NCBI GenBank assembly: GCA_035084275.1
Contig: CM068742.1
Location: 31,930,001 to 31,994,000, forward strand
Length of the DNA stretch: 64,000 nt
Source of the DNA: Hydrolagus colliei
Taxonomy: Eukaryota
Direction of reading: 5' to 3'
The position numbers and the translations under genes are program-made. A model generated the notes under the pieces. The model saw nothing but the letters and a program-made list of their open reading frames with translations, had not been told where the DNA came from and did not search any database. Below, piece by piece: positions 25,901 through 60,620 of this stretch; positions within the stretch are counted from its first letter, which is position 1; every line of letters begins with the position of its first letter.

Positions 25901-27081
25901 CATTCACTTCACAGTCCAAAAAGATACTGCATTATGCACTTAACTTCATCTTTACATCTATTCCAAAGAAAACACAGTAAACTGACTGCTGTGTTTGCTT
26001 TCAAAATACAAAATTTAAACAAAAATTACAGCAAATCCTGTAAATCTATTTGAGACATCCTCCATAACACCAACAACAACAAAATTGCACTTATATAGCG
26101 CCTGTCACGTCAGGAGGACGTCCCAAAGCGCTGAACAGTCTGGTCGGGACCCGAGCGGGGGTGGGGGGGGTCGAAGTAGGGGGAAGGGGAAGGAGAGTGG
26201 GAGAGGGGGAAGAGTTAGTGGGGCAGCCGAAGGCTCGGTCAAAGAGGAAGGTCTTGACACCGACCTTGAAGGAGGAAAGGGAGGAAGCAAGGTGGAAGGC
26301 TGTGGGATGGAGTTCCACAGTATGGGAGCAGAGAGGCTGAAAGCCTGGCCGCCGATGGTTGGGCGATTAGGGCGGTGGACGCGGAGCAGGCCTGAGTCTG
26401 CTGAACGGAGGGTGCAGGCAGGCTGATAATAAATACAACAAAAATTTATTTATTGTTTAAAAACTCTCAAATCACAAAATTAAATTGAAATGGGTACCAA
26501 ATATTTATGTGTGCCCGTTAGCCCCACTTTTTAAACCAGATCCCTCCTAGGCCAGCATTAGATCCCCTTCGCCCCACAAAAAACAAATCCTATGCAGTAT
26601 TATTTGTTCATGTGTAAACATCTATATCTCAATGGAAACTTAATCTCAGTTTGCACCATTCCCTAAATCCTTCAATACTGCTCTCAAGTCATGCTGCACA
26701 TTGACAAATTACTGTATATGGTTTTAGCTGAGTTAACTGCAGCAGTAAGCAGTACAGCCTTCCAACATGTCGTCTACTCTGGGGGTCCCCAAGCCTTGGC
26801 TCCTACCAACCTAGGGCTGATACTTTCTGGGAAGGGAGTGTGCACTCTATTCCTGTCGAAAGGAAATTTCCAAGCATAGGTGACATGAGGATGTGGATAC
26901 TTTTAAGCATAGCAATGGGTTTCACTGAGTTCTTATTTGAAGCATGCTGCATATCATTCAATTCAGTGACCAGTGAATCTTAATTATTTTAATGTTGATT
27001 TTCCCTAGGGGCGAATATGGTCTCCAGGAGTACACAGAGGTAAAGACTATCACCATCAAAATTCCACAGAAAAATTCCTAA
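1782..27081 (+). CDS. ALDH1A1: Retinaldehyde dehydrogenase ALDH1A1-like, exons 3-13 (5' partial; exons 1-2 upstream of window)
   Basis: 11 GT-AG exons of 141,130,62,129,114,103,185,165,158,75,73 nt match the ALDH1A exon structure; PWNFP, FTGSTEVG, LELGGK (catalytic Glu), NQGQCC (catalytic Cys), EEIFGPV, C-terminal QKNS; [10 protein letters not shown] resembles ALDH1A1 CGGGPWGNKG; tail-to-tail with a TMC1/2 gene as at the mammalian ALDH1A1 locus. Confidence 0.9.
2105..2424 (-). mobile_element. tRNA-derived SINE with L2-like 3' tail, near full length
   Basis: Minus strand reads GGAGCTCCTATAGCTCAGTGGTTAGAGC (A box) ... GTTCGAATCC (B box) ... ATATCAAATGCAAGGATTATTA tail. Confidence 0.85.
3004..3306 (+). 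mobile_element. tRNA-derived SINE, same family
   Basis: CTCAGTGGTTAGAGC ... GTTCAATTCC ... TGTGAAGCGCTTTGAGAC ... AAATGCAAGGATT. Confidence 0.85.
4458..4587 (+). CDS. ALDH1A1: ALDH1A1 exon 4 ([43 protein letters not shown])
   Basis: ctag acceptor, gtaggt donor, 130 nt. Confidence 0.95.
5090..5470 (+). mobile_element. Older Deu-domain-type SINE (SacSINE1/AmnSINE-like), diverged
   Basis: GAAGGTTGTGAGTTCAAGTC head, TGAGATGTTAAG...GTCTGCCGGTTCAGATGG core, AAATTGGTCATTCAC; boundaries approximate. Confidence 0.6.
7280..7760 (+). mobile_element. Deu-type SINE 3' half interrupted by a 5'-truncated tRNA-SINE (about 7394-7643)
   Basis: GGGAGTTTCTCCAGGTGCCCTGGCCAAC... breaks after GTTTGTGGAC, inserted copy ends ATCAAATGCAAGCATTATTAT, host tail resumes to CAAGGATTATTATT. 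Confidence 0.6.
8158..8219 (+). CDS. ALDH1A1: ALDH1A1 exon 5 ([21 protein letters not shown])
   Basis: atag acceptor, gtgagt donor, 62 nt. Confidence 0.95.
8324..9107. mobile_element. Non-autonomous Tigger/pogo-like (Tc1/mariner) DNA transposon
   Basis: TIRs CAGTAGAAGCCTGTTTATC ... GATAAACGGGCTTCTACTG flanked by TA on both sides; short sibling at 29911-30126. Confidence 0.85.
9441..9569 (+). CDS. ALDH1A1: ALDH1A1 exon 6 ([43 protein letters not shown])
   Basis: atag acceptor, gtaaga donor, 129 nt. Confidence 0.95.
9760..9835. repeat. 33-bp tandem duplication
   Basis: GACATACATTTTGACATACTTGCAGGTCTGTGG twice plus partial third unit. Confidence 0.85.
9900..9914. promoter_or_regulatory. Consensus estrogen-response-element palindrome (candidate)
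   Basis: GGGTCA ggg TGACCT matches RGGTCAnnnTGACCY; function untested. Confidence 0.35.
11766..11799. repeat. (TTGG)n microsatellite
   Basis: gttggttggttgattggttggttggttggttggt. Confidence 0.85.
12420..12925 (+). mobile_element. Deu-type SINE with an L2 3' fragment (about 12683-12888) inserted in its tail
   Basis: GATGAGACATTAAACTGAGGTCCTGTCTGCCGGTTCAGGTGGATATTAAAGATTCCATG core; L2 end GGGCACTATATAAATCAAAGTTGTTGTTGTTG. Confidence 0.65.
14136..14249 (+). CDS. ALDH1A1: ALDH1A1 exon 7 ([38 protein letters not shown])
   Basis: gcag acceptor, gtacag donor, 114 nt. Confidence 0.95.
15692..15794 (+). CDS. ALDH1A1: ALDH1A1 exon 8 ([34 protein letters not shown])
   Basis: tcag acceptor, gttagt donor, 103 nt; catalytic Glu in LELGG. 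Confidence 0.95.
16144..16485 (+). mobile_element. tRNA-derived SINE
   Basis: GTCCTGTAGCTCAATGGTTAGAGC head; AAGGCGCTATATCAAATCGAAGGATTATTATT tail. Confidence 0.75.
16705..17090 (+). mobile_element. Deu-type SINE with tRNA-like head
   Basis: CTCAGTGGTAACACTCTTGCCTC..GTCAGAAGGTTGTGAGTT head, TGAGATGTTAAACTGA..CCTGTTCAAGTGGAC..TTCCATGGC core. Confidence 0.7.
17940..18285 (+). mobile_element. L2-clade LINE 3' end, nested in a minus-strand Deu-type SINE (about 17865-18510)
   Basis: Encodes RTLRS...[33 protein letters not shown]; tail GGCGCTATATAAATGTAAATTGTTGTTGTTGTTG; SINE sequence resumes on both sides. Confidence 0.85.
18724..18908 (+). CDS. ALDH1A1: ALDH1A1 exon 9 ([62 protein letters not shown])
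   Basis: acag acceptor, gtacta donor, 185 nt; catalytic Cys. Confidence 0.95.
19444..20353 (+). mobile_element. Non-autonomous hAT (Ac-like) DNA transposon carrying a C-rich minisatellite, copy 1
   Basis: 8-bp TSD CTAGGTAG (19436-19443 and 20354-20361); TIRs TAGGGTCCGTCGATAT ... ATATCACTGGACCCTA; subterminal CGATAT/ATATCG repeats; internal CCCCCCAGCCGTCTCTCT array. Confidence 0.9.
22410..22574 (+). CDS. ALDH1A1: ALDH1A1 exon 10 ([55 protein letters not shown])
   Basis: tcag acceptor, gtaata donor, 165 nt. Confidence 0.95.
24117..24274 (+). CDS. ALDH1A1: ALDH1A1 exon 11 ([53 protein letters not shown])
   Basis: aaag acceptor, gtaagt donor, 158 nt. Confidence 0.95.
24855..24929 (+). CDS. ALDH1A1: ALDH1A1 exon 12 ([25 protein letters not shown])
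   Basis: gcag acceptor, gtaagt donor, 75 nt. Confidence 0.95.
26066..26424 (-). mobile_element. L2 LINE 3' end
   Basis: (CAA)n tail then TTGCACTTATATAGCGCCTGTCACGTCAGGAGGACGTCCC; minus strand encodes [16 protein letters not shown]. Confidence 0.85.
27009..27081 (+). CDS. ALDH1A1: ALDH1A1 exon 13 coding part ([23 protein letters not shown])
   Basis: ctag acceptor; TAA at 27079-27081. Confidence 0.95.
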
Positions 27082-27366
27082 GTTGTCCTAAAGTAAAATA
27101 CTTAATGCCTCAAGATTTAGGAACAGACTAGATACCACAACAATGTTTTTAACAACGACTATTCAGTGAATACTGCTTCATCTGGTGTGGTTTCATAATA
27201 ATGCAGACCAATATTTTGAAGCTGCTGTGACTCACAAAGCTGTATCAATAATGTATTAGTAGTATTCATCCGGTAGTATTTATGTAGCAAAACGCGATGG
27301 AAACGTTTAAAGTTTTACTCGTTTTCAGTTTGAAATCTTTATTTCTAGCACTTCTGAATTGTCATA

Positions 27367-27372
27367 AATAAA
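27367..27372 (+). terminator. Probable ALDH1A1 polyadenylation signal
   Basis: AATAAA about 285 nt after the stop, followed by GT-rich GTTGTTATTGT. Confidence 0.65.
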
Positions 27373-28637
27373 AATCTCATCTCATCAATTGTCAGTCAAA
27401 GTTGTTATTGTCACCTATCTTTAACATTTAAAAAAAGTGATTTCAGTGATGTTTACTAAGCCTAAAAATTGCTTTGGTTGTGTGTGTGTGTGTTACTTGA
27501 AGTGTTGATGCTTATTTTAAATTAATTATTTTCAAACAATTTTGTCAGACAGAAGAGGATTATTAAAAATGAAATCATAGTGAATCATTTTCATAACAAA
27601 ATGGGGAATACCAGCTTCGACAAGCACTCAATTAATTTCCCTGCCACAACCAAGAGGAGAACTGTCTGGTTCAGTTGGTTAGGCTCTGATCTCTATTTAG
27701 AAGAGTGGAGTTTCAAGCTACATTTCCGGACTTGAATTCGAATTCCAGACTTACACTGGTTAGGCCTCAGCTGCACTCCTGTGTCCAGTTCTGGACACCA
27801 CACGTTAGGAAGTATGTCAAGGCTTTGGAGAGAGAAACTAGGATTATTCTTGGAGCAGAGAAGGTTAAAAGGAGACTTAATAGAAGCTTTCAAAATTTTC
27901 AGGAGATTTGGTAGGGGGGACAAGGAGAAAATATTTTCACTGGGGCGTGGGTCAGTAACCTGAGGACACAGATTTTAAATAGTTGTTAAAAGAAACAGAG
28001 GGGAGGTGAGAAATTATTTCACGCAGCACTTTATTGGATCTGGAATGCATTGCCTGAAAGGGTGGTGGAAGCTGATTTGATAACTACTTTTAAGAGAGAA
28101 GTAGATACATTTAGTCCTCGCTTAATGTGTTTGCGAAAAGTGACGTTAAGCGAACCCGCGCAAGAATACCGGAAGTGCAGCGTCTATATACTATGGACAT
28201 GCAGGCAGGGTAGGCAGCGCCTACCTTATTTAAAAAACTTTAAATTGTAGATGATTATTTAATGGTTTATATTTTTACAATGCACATTTTACATAATAGA
28301 AACTACCCAAATTATTTAACTGCGATTTGATTAACTACTTTAAAAGCAACAGGAAGACAGCGAGACGCCGTGCTTTTTTTACCCATTGAGTTGAATGTAG
28401 TTCAGATGCACATGCGCGTTCCTTTCTCAGTGTCTCAGTAACTAGTGAAATAGGCACAAGCTACCGCTGCCTTTCCTCTTTCTATCAATTGCAATCAGAT
28501 CATAGTGAAATACTATCTCCATGCAAGCTTATTTGTGAAAAAAAATGACTGGGAAAAAGGCAGAGTCTGCTTCTGCCTTTGGGGGCCTCCAAACGTTTGT
28601 ATAAGTGTCTACCCTATCATTTTACCCACCACAGGTC

Positions 28638-29846
28638 AACAACAACAACAACAACAACAAATTGCACTTATAGAGCGCCTTTCACGTCGGGAGGACATCC
28701 CAAGGCGCTGCACAGGAGGCGTGTGACCCGAGCTGGGAGGGGAGTGTTCGGGAGGGGGTAAGAAACGTAGGGGAGGTCGAAGAATTAGGGGGGGAACAGA
28801 AGGCACGGTCGAAAAGGAAAGTCTTCAAACCGGCCTTGAAAGAGGAAAGGGAGGAAACAAGGCGGAGGGATTGGGGGATGGAGTTCCAAAGAGTGGGAGC
28901 AGAAAAACTGAAGGCCTGGTCTCCGATGGTGGGGCGGTTCGGGCGGGGGGCTTGGAGCAAGCCAAGTCCTGCTGAACGGAGGGTCCGGGTGGGCTTGTAG
29001 GGGGAGAGTAGGTCGGAAAGATAGGGTGGGGCAAGGCCGTGTAAGGCCTTGAAGGTGAGGACGAGGATCTTGAACTCGATCCTCTGGGGTATGGGGAGCC
29101 AATGGAGATGGGCCAGGGTGGGGGTTATGTGGTCACGGAGGCGGGTGCGGGATAGTACACGGACTGCAAAGTTTTGGATGATCTGCAGCCTGTGAATGGA
29201 GGAGCTGGGGAGGCCGACAAGGAGAGAGTTCCCATAGTCCAGCCGTGAGGTGATGTACGCGTGCACGAGTGTTTCGGCAGCGTGGGGAGTGAGATAGTTG
29301 CGGAGCCTGGCAATGTTGCGCAGGTGGAAATAGGCGGTGCCGGTCAAGGCACGGATGTGGGGGAGGAAGGAGAGTTTGGGGTCGAACGTGATGCCGAGGT
29401 TCCTGACTGGCTTCGTGAGGTGGGGAGTACAGCCTTGGATGTTGATGCTGGCAGCGCCCGATGTGCGGAGGCGCTGGCTTGAGCCAATCAGGAGGGCCTC
29501 GGTCTTTCTCACGTTCAATTGGATGAAATTGTCCCTCGTCCAGGACTCGATGTCGGACAAACATGCTGTCGGAACATCGATCGTCTGGGGGTTGAGGGAT
29601 GAGGTGGAGAGGTAAAGCTGGGTGTCATCCGCATACATATGGAAGTTTACCCCATGTTTGCGGATGACATTGCCCAGAGGGACCATGTATATGGTGAAAA
29701 GGAGCGGGCCAAGGACAGAGCCCTGGGGGATGCCATGAGAGACTGTACAGGGGTTTGAGGAAAAACTATTGGAGGATACGAAATGTAGGCGGTGGGTCAG
29801 GTAGGAGTGGAACCATTCAAGGACTGTGCCTTGAAGGTTGAGGTTG
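28638..29846 (-). mobile_element. 5'-truncated L2 LINE with an open RT C-terminal reading frame
   Basis: ORF 28682-29956 contains [54 protein letters not shown]; (CAA)n tail at 28637-28660; possible AGGTCA TSD at 28633-28638 and 29847-29852. Confidence 0.95.
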
Positions 29847-29910
29847 AGGTCACTGCTATATATGCATAAGCTACCCAAAATAGTTTGTTTCCACCCGTAC
29901 AAACAACATG

Positions 29911-30126
29911 CAGTAAAAGCCTGTTTATTCAGCACCTGATTAACCGAAACTTCCATATAACCGGCATCGCAAAAAAAAGTCCATATTCAATTAACCAGAA
30001 TTTATCCGGAAAAAAGTATTGAAAATTTTTTATTTTTTTATTTTGTGTTTTCGGCCGAATATCCAGCAGGCGCTTTAACTGGCATTGGCCAGGTCCCAAG
30101 GGTGCTGGATAAGTGGGCTTTTACTG
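29911..30126. mobile_element. Short MITE of the 8324-9107 Tigger-like family
   Basis: CAGTAAAAGCCTGTTTATTC ... GGATAAGTGGGCTTTTACTG; shares both terminal regions with 8324-9107. Confidence 0.8.
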
Positions 30127-30549
30127 TAATAGTGCATGTCACAATGTTAATGAATACTGTATATATATTCCCTATATATCAGCAACGTAATAACGAAACA
30201 ACGTTAAGCGAGGTTTACCTGTAGTTATTTGGGGAGGACAGGTTTGCAGTGTTATGGGGAGAGAGACGGGGAGTGGGGTTGATTTGGACAGCTCTTTTCA
30301 AAGAGTCAGCACAGGCACAATGGGCTGAATGGCCTCCTTCTGTGCTGTGTAATTCTATGATTCAGTGCAGTGCTGGGGAATGCTGCATTGTCAGAAGTGT
30401 TGTATTTTAAGTGAGTTATTAAAGCAAGGACCTGCTTGCCTACTGTTCAGGTGGACAGTAAACTTTCCATGATATTGTTTGAAAAGAGAAAGGAGCTTTT
30501 CCTGATATTCCTTGGCCAACAATCCCTAAATTAATTTGGAGACAAAACA

Positions 30550-31207
30550 TCATCTCTGCAAAATTGCCCGACTCCGTCACTGCTGTAGCCCTCCGGCCAC
30601 TGAAACTCTCATTCACGGCTTCATCACATCCAGGTTTGACTATGCCAACGCACTGCTTCTCGGCCTTCCTAATTCCTCCCTCCATAGGCTGTAGATCATC
30701 TAGAACTCTTTAGCCTGTGTCCTCTACCACTCCAAGCTCTGTGACTCCATCTCCCGCACAAATCTATTGGCTCCCCATCACCTAGAGGATTCAAGATCCT
30801 GGTCTTCACCTTCAAAGCCCTCGATGGCCTCGCCCCACCCTACCCTACCTTTGCGACCTGCTAACCACATACCAACATGCCGGCCCCCTCCGTTCAGCGG
30901 GCTTCTGCCTGCTTTATATCCCCCGACTCACCCACCCCACCATCGGCAAGCGAGCCTTCAGCCACTTTAACCTCTGGAATTCCATCCTGCAGTCGCTCCT
31001 CCTCGCTCCCTCCCTCACCGCCTTCAAGTCCTGCTTCAAGACCTCCTATTCGACGGTCCCATCGGTCACCCCAATTCCCCTCCTTTCTCTCCACCCTTCC
31101 CGATCCCGACCCCAGCTTGGGTCTGACACATTGACTGGCCAAAACTTTGGGACATCCTCCCGATGTGAAAGGCGTTATACAAATGTAATTTTGTTGTTGT
31201 TGTTGTT
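30550..31207 (+). mobile_element. Degraded L2 LINE 3' portion
   Basis: Frameshifted TETLIHGFITSRFDYANALL and KILVFTFKAL remnants; tail GGCGTTATACAAATGTAATTTTGTTGTTGTTG. Confidence 0.8.
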
Positions 31208-31444
31208 ACTGAGGCAAATGGTTGGCACATTTACTTATGCTGCACTTGACTATAACTTGCGAGGTGGCTTGATATGTTTAAACATAAGGCATATTTAAAC
31301 ATGACAGATTTTTTTGCATTTCTGATATGCTTCTGATTTATTATTTATTCTAATTCAAACCATGGTGATCAATGAATGGTGTCAATGTGTCCGCTCCAAT
31401 GTGTGAAGTAGTTCCTGCTCAATTTTCTTTTAGATTTTCGTTTA

Positions 31445-31606
31445 GATTTTAAAAGAGAATTAGATTTTTATTTAGGGAGAACAGGTCTGTTAGGTTATGG
31501 GGAGAGAGCAGGGTAGTGGGATTGAGTTGCTCTTTTCAAAGAATCGGCACAGGCTAGATGGGCCGAATGGCCGCCTTTTGTGCCGTAAAATTCTATGAAT
31601 CTATGA
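31445..31606 (+). mobile_element. CR1 3' terminal fragment, same family as 1-1006
   Basis: Close match to 841-1000, ends AAAATTCTATGAATCTATGA. Confidence 0.85.
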
Positions 31607-32246
31607 TCCCTTAGTCATTTAAACTTACATTCCTGTTCCTTAGTTACAGACTCCCCAGCCTGTGGGAACAGCTTATCAACCATGTCTGTCTGTATCAATC
31701 CTTCCATTTATTCAGTAACAATGTAAGTAAAAAGAAAAACCTGTAATTTATTTTAAATAGCATTTTATTAAAAGAAAAGAAAATCTTAGTTAGAACATAA
31801 ATGCACTTGCAGACAGATTTTTATGCGGCTACAAAATATCAACATTTTCTTATGGTACAGTTTCATATCAAAACACAGTCAAAGATCATAAGTCACTTTT
31901 TCACACTAGTTTCTAATCAGTCACTCTGATTCCAACTAAGTTTTTTGGATAGTAAGATAAATTACCGGTTGTGTTTACATGTAAACAATCCAATTACAAC
32001 ATGCGCTCTGGAGTGAGGAAGCTATTTTCTACGTATAACTGGCTCCAAGTCCTCAAATTGAAGAGTGATGTCTAGAATTGTAGAATTTTATACACATCTT
32101 GCCAAATCTGGAAGAACTATCTTTGCATTTAGACCCATCAATGCTGTTTTACATTTGCAAATATTTTTTGCAAAAATATATTTTTTGTTGTTTTGCAAAT
32201 ATTTATCAATTGCCCTTTTTAAAAGCTGCATAAAAAAAGGCTTCTG

Positions 32247-32495
32247 ATAATAATCCTTGCATTTGGTATAGCACTTTTCACATCTTCTAGACATCTCAAA
32301 GTGCATCACAGAATATACTGTAAAGTGAATTGAATAAGTGGGTGAAACACGGCAGCCAATTGTGCACAACAGTGTCCTACAAATAGTCGTGGATTATTTA
32401 GCCCGCCTGGAATTAAATCCAGGTCTCTCACTTGGAAGGCAAGTGCTCTAACCAAGCAGGACTAACAGGACTCTAACAGGACTCCACTAGAACTC
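32247..32495 (-). mobile_element. tRNA-derived SINE
   Basis: ATAATAATCCTTGCATTTGGTATAGC ... GTGCTCTAACCA. Confidence 0.75.
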
Positions 32496-32829
32496 CATAA
32501 AAAAAGGTTTCTGCAGGAAGAAAGTACATTGATAATGTGTTTTAAACAAACAGCTGGAACTTGTATCATATCACTGTGGTCAACATGCTGAGGGAGAAGC
32601 AACACTGGGTTGAAATTCAACCCTGGAACAATGGACATGACAGCCTGACCTTGTCTGCCTGCCTCAATCCCTCCATCTCACCCTCATTTTATCTGTCTTT
32701 AAAACCAAACTCAAGACCTTCTTCTCCTGTGCAAAAGTAACCTCCCCCGTTCCCATCCACTGCATCCAACCCCACTACTGTGCAGCACTCTGAGACTCAA
32801 TACTGCATGAAGGGCACTATAAAATGCAA

Positions 32830-32928
32830 ACAAAAACAGAGAGAGCTGGGAAAACACAGCAAGTCAGGCAGCATCTATGGAAAAAGGAAAGTGAGCAAAT
32901 GTTTTGAGTCCACGACCCTTCGTCAGAT
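32830..32928 (-). mobile_element. Penelope-type terminal fragment with hammerhead-ribozyme remnant, inserted in an L2 tail
   Basis: 13-bp TSD CTATAAAATGCAA (32817-32829 and 32929-32941); homologous to 46392-46482; minus strand CTGACGAAGGGTCGTGGACTCAAAAC. Confidence 0.65.
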
Positions 32929-34044
32929 CTATAAAATGCAAGTTGTGTTCAATGATATCCATGTCCCTATGATTGTGATCGGGAAGTGCCAACCTTGGTG
33001 GCAATTTTCTGTCCACCTGCAGGAAAGGATGTCCGTCTAAATTGCTAGAACTACAAAGGATTCATGTAAAATCTGAGTTCCAGGCAAACTTGTATAAATT
33101 GGGTGCTATATAAATGCAAATTGTTGTTACCTTAATTCTGAAGCAAAATTGACTTACAGGTTAGGATTGGGTGAAAATTTAAAGCTTGATATGCTTACTC
33201 ATCATCATGCCAGCATTGTAGATTGCATGTATGGGTCCACTTCCTGCCATAAAACATCTGCAAAATCATAATCTGGAAACATTTTCTGGCAGAGGCATAC
33301 ACCAAGTTATTTAATCTTCTGCTAAAGAAGTTAACTAAAAGACGACGGGCTTTTGTGAGATATTTGAGCTGAACATTCAATTTGGGTCCTCAAAGGGTTT
33401 TGCTACTTTTCCTTTATTGGAACCTAGAATTGTCTATTCCAATCTTATGGACATATTACCATTCAATCCATTGTTTTTCTTGAGGTCTATATGCATTGTG
33501 AGGTCTATATTGCATGTTCCTAGAAGATGAAGTGAGACAAATTGCTTTGTGAATCGGGCCCAATTAATTAATTGTAAATCATCCTCTTATGTTGTGATTT
33601 TTCCATTCTTCAGCAAACATTATTTTCCAGTCATGCAGTAATTATAAGGTAAGAATAATGAATAATGTAAAAATTAGCTACCTTATAATTACTGCTCCCA
33701 TGATTTATGGTGCTTCTGCATTTAACAGTCGGGAATCAAAATACAACATCTATTACTTATTAGTGAATGCTGTTCTTAATGGCCATTAATACAAAGCCTG
33801 GGAATGATTAACACAATTTTAATCTATTTGTATCACAAAAGCAATTACCGCATTTGGTTGCCTTCAAACCCTAAATGGTTTCAAAAGAAACTTCAGAAGG
33901 TGCCTCCTTATTTGGGAAGAGAGAAAGGGGGGGCAACTAGGAAACTCATTAACTTCAAACACTAGTCTAAAATGACATGTGCATCCTTCTGAGGATTGGG
34001 TGATTTAATGTTACCCATAATTTAATAACAACAATCCTCTTGTA

Positions 34045-34267
34045 TAGTGGTGGCCAACCTATGGCCCGTGAACTGGAAGGTGGCCCATGGAGCCATCGAG
34101 AAGGAGCCGCCCTGAACATTCACACAAGCCTAGATAAGTGCATGTTTGCTCGATAGTGGGTTTCAGGTATTTTCTTAATTAAATATTTCTTGATTTATGC
34201 CATCAATCAAGAAATATTCAATCAAAATAGTTTTGTTCTTGGCCAACCATGAAGGTTGGCTTTACCG
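34045..34267. mobile_element. Possible degraded hAT MITE in the TMC 3'UTR
   Basis: TAGTGGTGGCCAACCTATGGCCCG at one end, AAGGTTGGC at the other; no clear TSD. Confidence 0.35.
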
Positions 34268-34272
34268 TAGTT

Positions 34273-59476
<25,204 letters not shown>

Positions 59477-60166
59477 GGCGGCTTTGAGTCGTCAGTCAGT
59501 CAGTCAAGTCTTCTTGTGGAAAATGATAAATAATAATAGTCTTCTTGTTAAAAAAAATGAATGTGCCCACGCCTTGTTGTTGTTGTTGTTGTTGTTGTGT
59601 GGTCTGAGCTCAGGCAAAGACACCCCCCCCAGATGGAGCTGGTGAGGTTTAGTCAGCCACTAGTGATGGATGTTCTTCTGATGGCTTCCTTTGCTCCTCT
59701 CTCCAGGCTCAGTGCTGTAAGGTGCTCCTCCCCACACTTCTCTCCCCACCCCCCCTCCACCCCCCATCTCTCTCTCCCCCTCCCTTGCTGGCTCCAGCTG
59801 TTTTGATGTCTCTCCAGCTGTCTCCACCGAGGACAGACAACATATTCCAAGGCTGTGAAAAGCAGTTTCACTCATTTGATTCGGATTAAAACAAGCGATA
59901 TCGATTCTGGCGGGGGTGGAGTACTGAAATACTATCATCTGAATTATGCTTACATTTGCTACAATGCACTTCTACTTGTTTCTATTGGATCTTTTCACTC
60001 TGGCACAAGACTCATAAATAGTAGGCAGACAACTCATTTAGAAAAACCGTTATCAAATGCAAGGATTATTATAAATATGTTTCCTGCTGTTCCTCTGTTA
60101 CCTGTTTTCTGTGTTTGGTAACTGGAGAGTTTTGTTTGCAATTTTGCAGGCTTTTAGTTACCCCCC

Positions 60167-60197
<31 letters not shown>

Positions 60198-60620
60198 ACA
60201 CACACCCTCCAGGGGTGAAGGAAGGAGAAGACAGTCATTTGTTTAAGCTGCATGATATTTTGAGGGGCAACAAAAACCTAATAGCCAGTTCATGTGATTG
60301 CAATCAAATGGATGGGGGAGGGGGGGGAGAGGAAATGAGGCATCTTCTGTTATCACAGCCTGGGCTGCAATGAAATGACATCTGTCAGCCTCATCCCTGA
60401 GCTCATGTTCCAACATGGTTACTTTCTACTCACAACTTTCTGACCTAGAGTGAGACCAATTGAAGTCTGACCCCCACCACTGACTCTCTGGTCCGGATTG
60501 TTTGTGAAACAACGGTGCTCGTTGTCAAGGTTTTACCAGCTGTTTGTTTTGATTCTGTGAAATAGGAATTTCTCCTGTGTGTGAAAGCTGTATTTTTTTT
60601 TGTCTGCATTCATCTGTTCA
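59477..60620 (-). promoter_or_regulatory. Putative TMC 5'UTR/promoter with an E-box cluster
   Basis: Largely transposon-free stretch upstream of the ATG with CAGCTG at 59795, 59815 and 60537, and CATCTG at 60379 and 60611. Confidence 0.4.
60162..60205. repeat. poly-C plus (CA)n microsatellite
   Basis: C run of about 23 nt followed by (CA)n. Confidence 0.9.

Larger units (their letters stand above)
28108..30221. mobile_element. Tigger-like non-autonomous DNA transposon hosting two later insertions
   Basis: Imperfect TIRs CATTTAGTCCTCGCTTAATGT ... ACGTTAAGCGAGGTTTACCTG with TA duplication at both ends. Confidence 0.7.
27750..30363 (+). mobile_element. Degraded CR1 3' end (27750-28107 + 30222-30363) split by a Tigger-like insertion
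   Basis: LVRPQLHSCVQFWTPH and EQRRLKGDLIEAFKI remnants; 3'UTR TGGGCTGAATGGCCTCCTTCTGTGCTG..AATTCTATGATTC resumes after 30221. Confidence 0.85.

Noticed and set aside
28682-29956. 424-aa reverse transcriptase ORF as a host gene, retron or novel RT system
   Set aside because: It is a 5'-truncated L2 ORF2 with the L2 tail; the N-terminal 35 or so residues are read-through from flanking transposon DNA.
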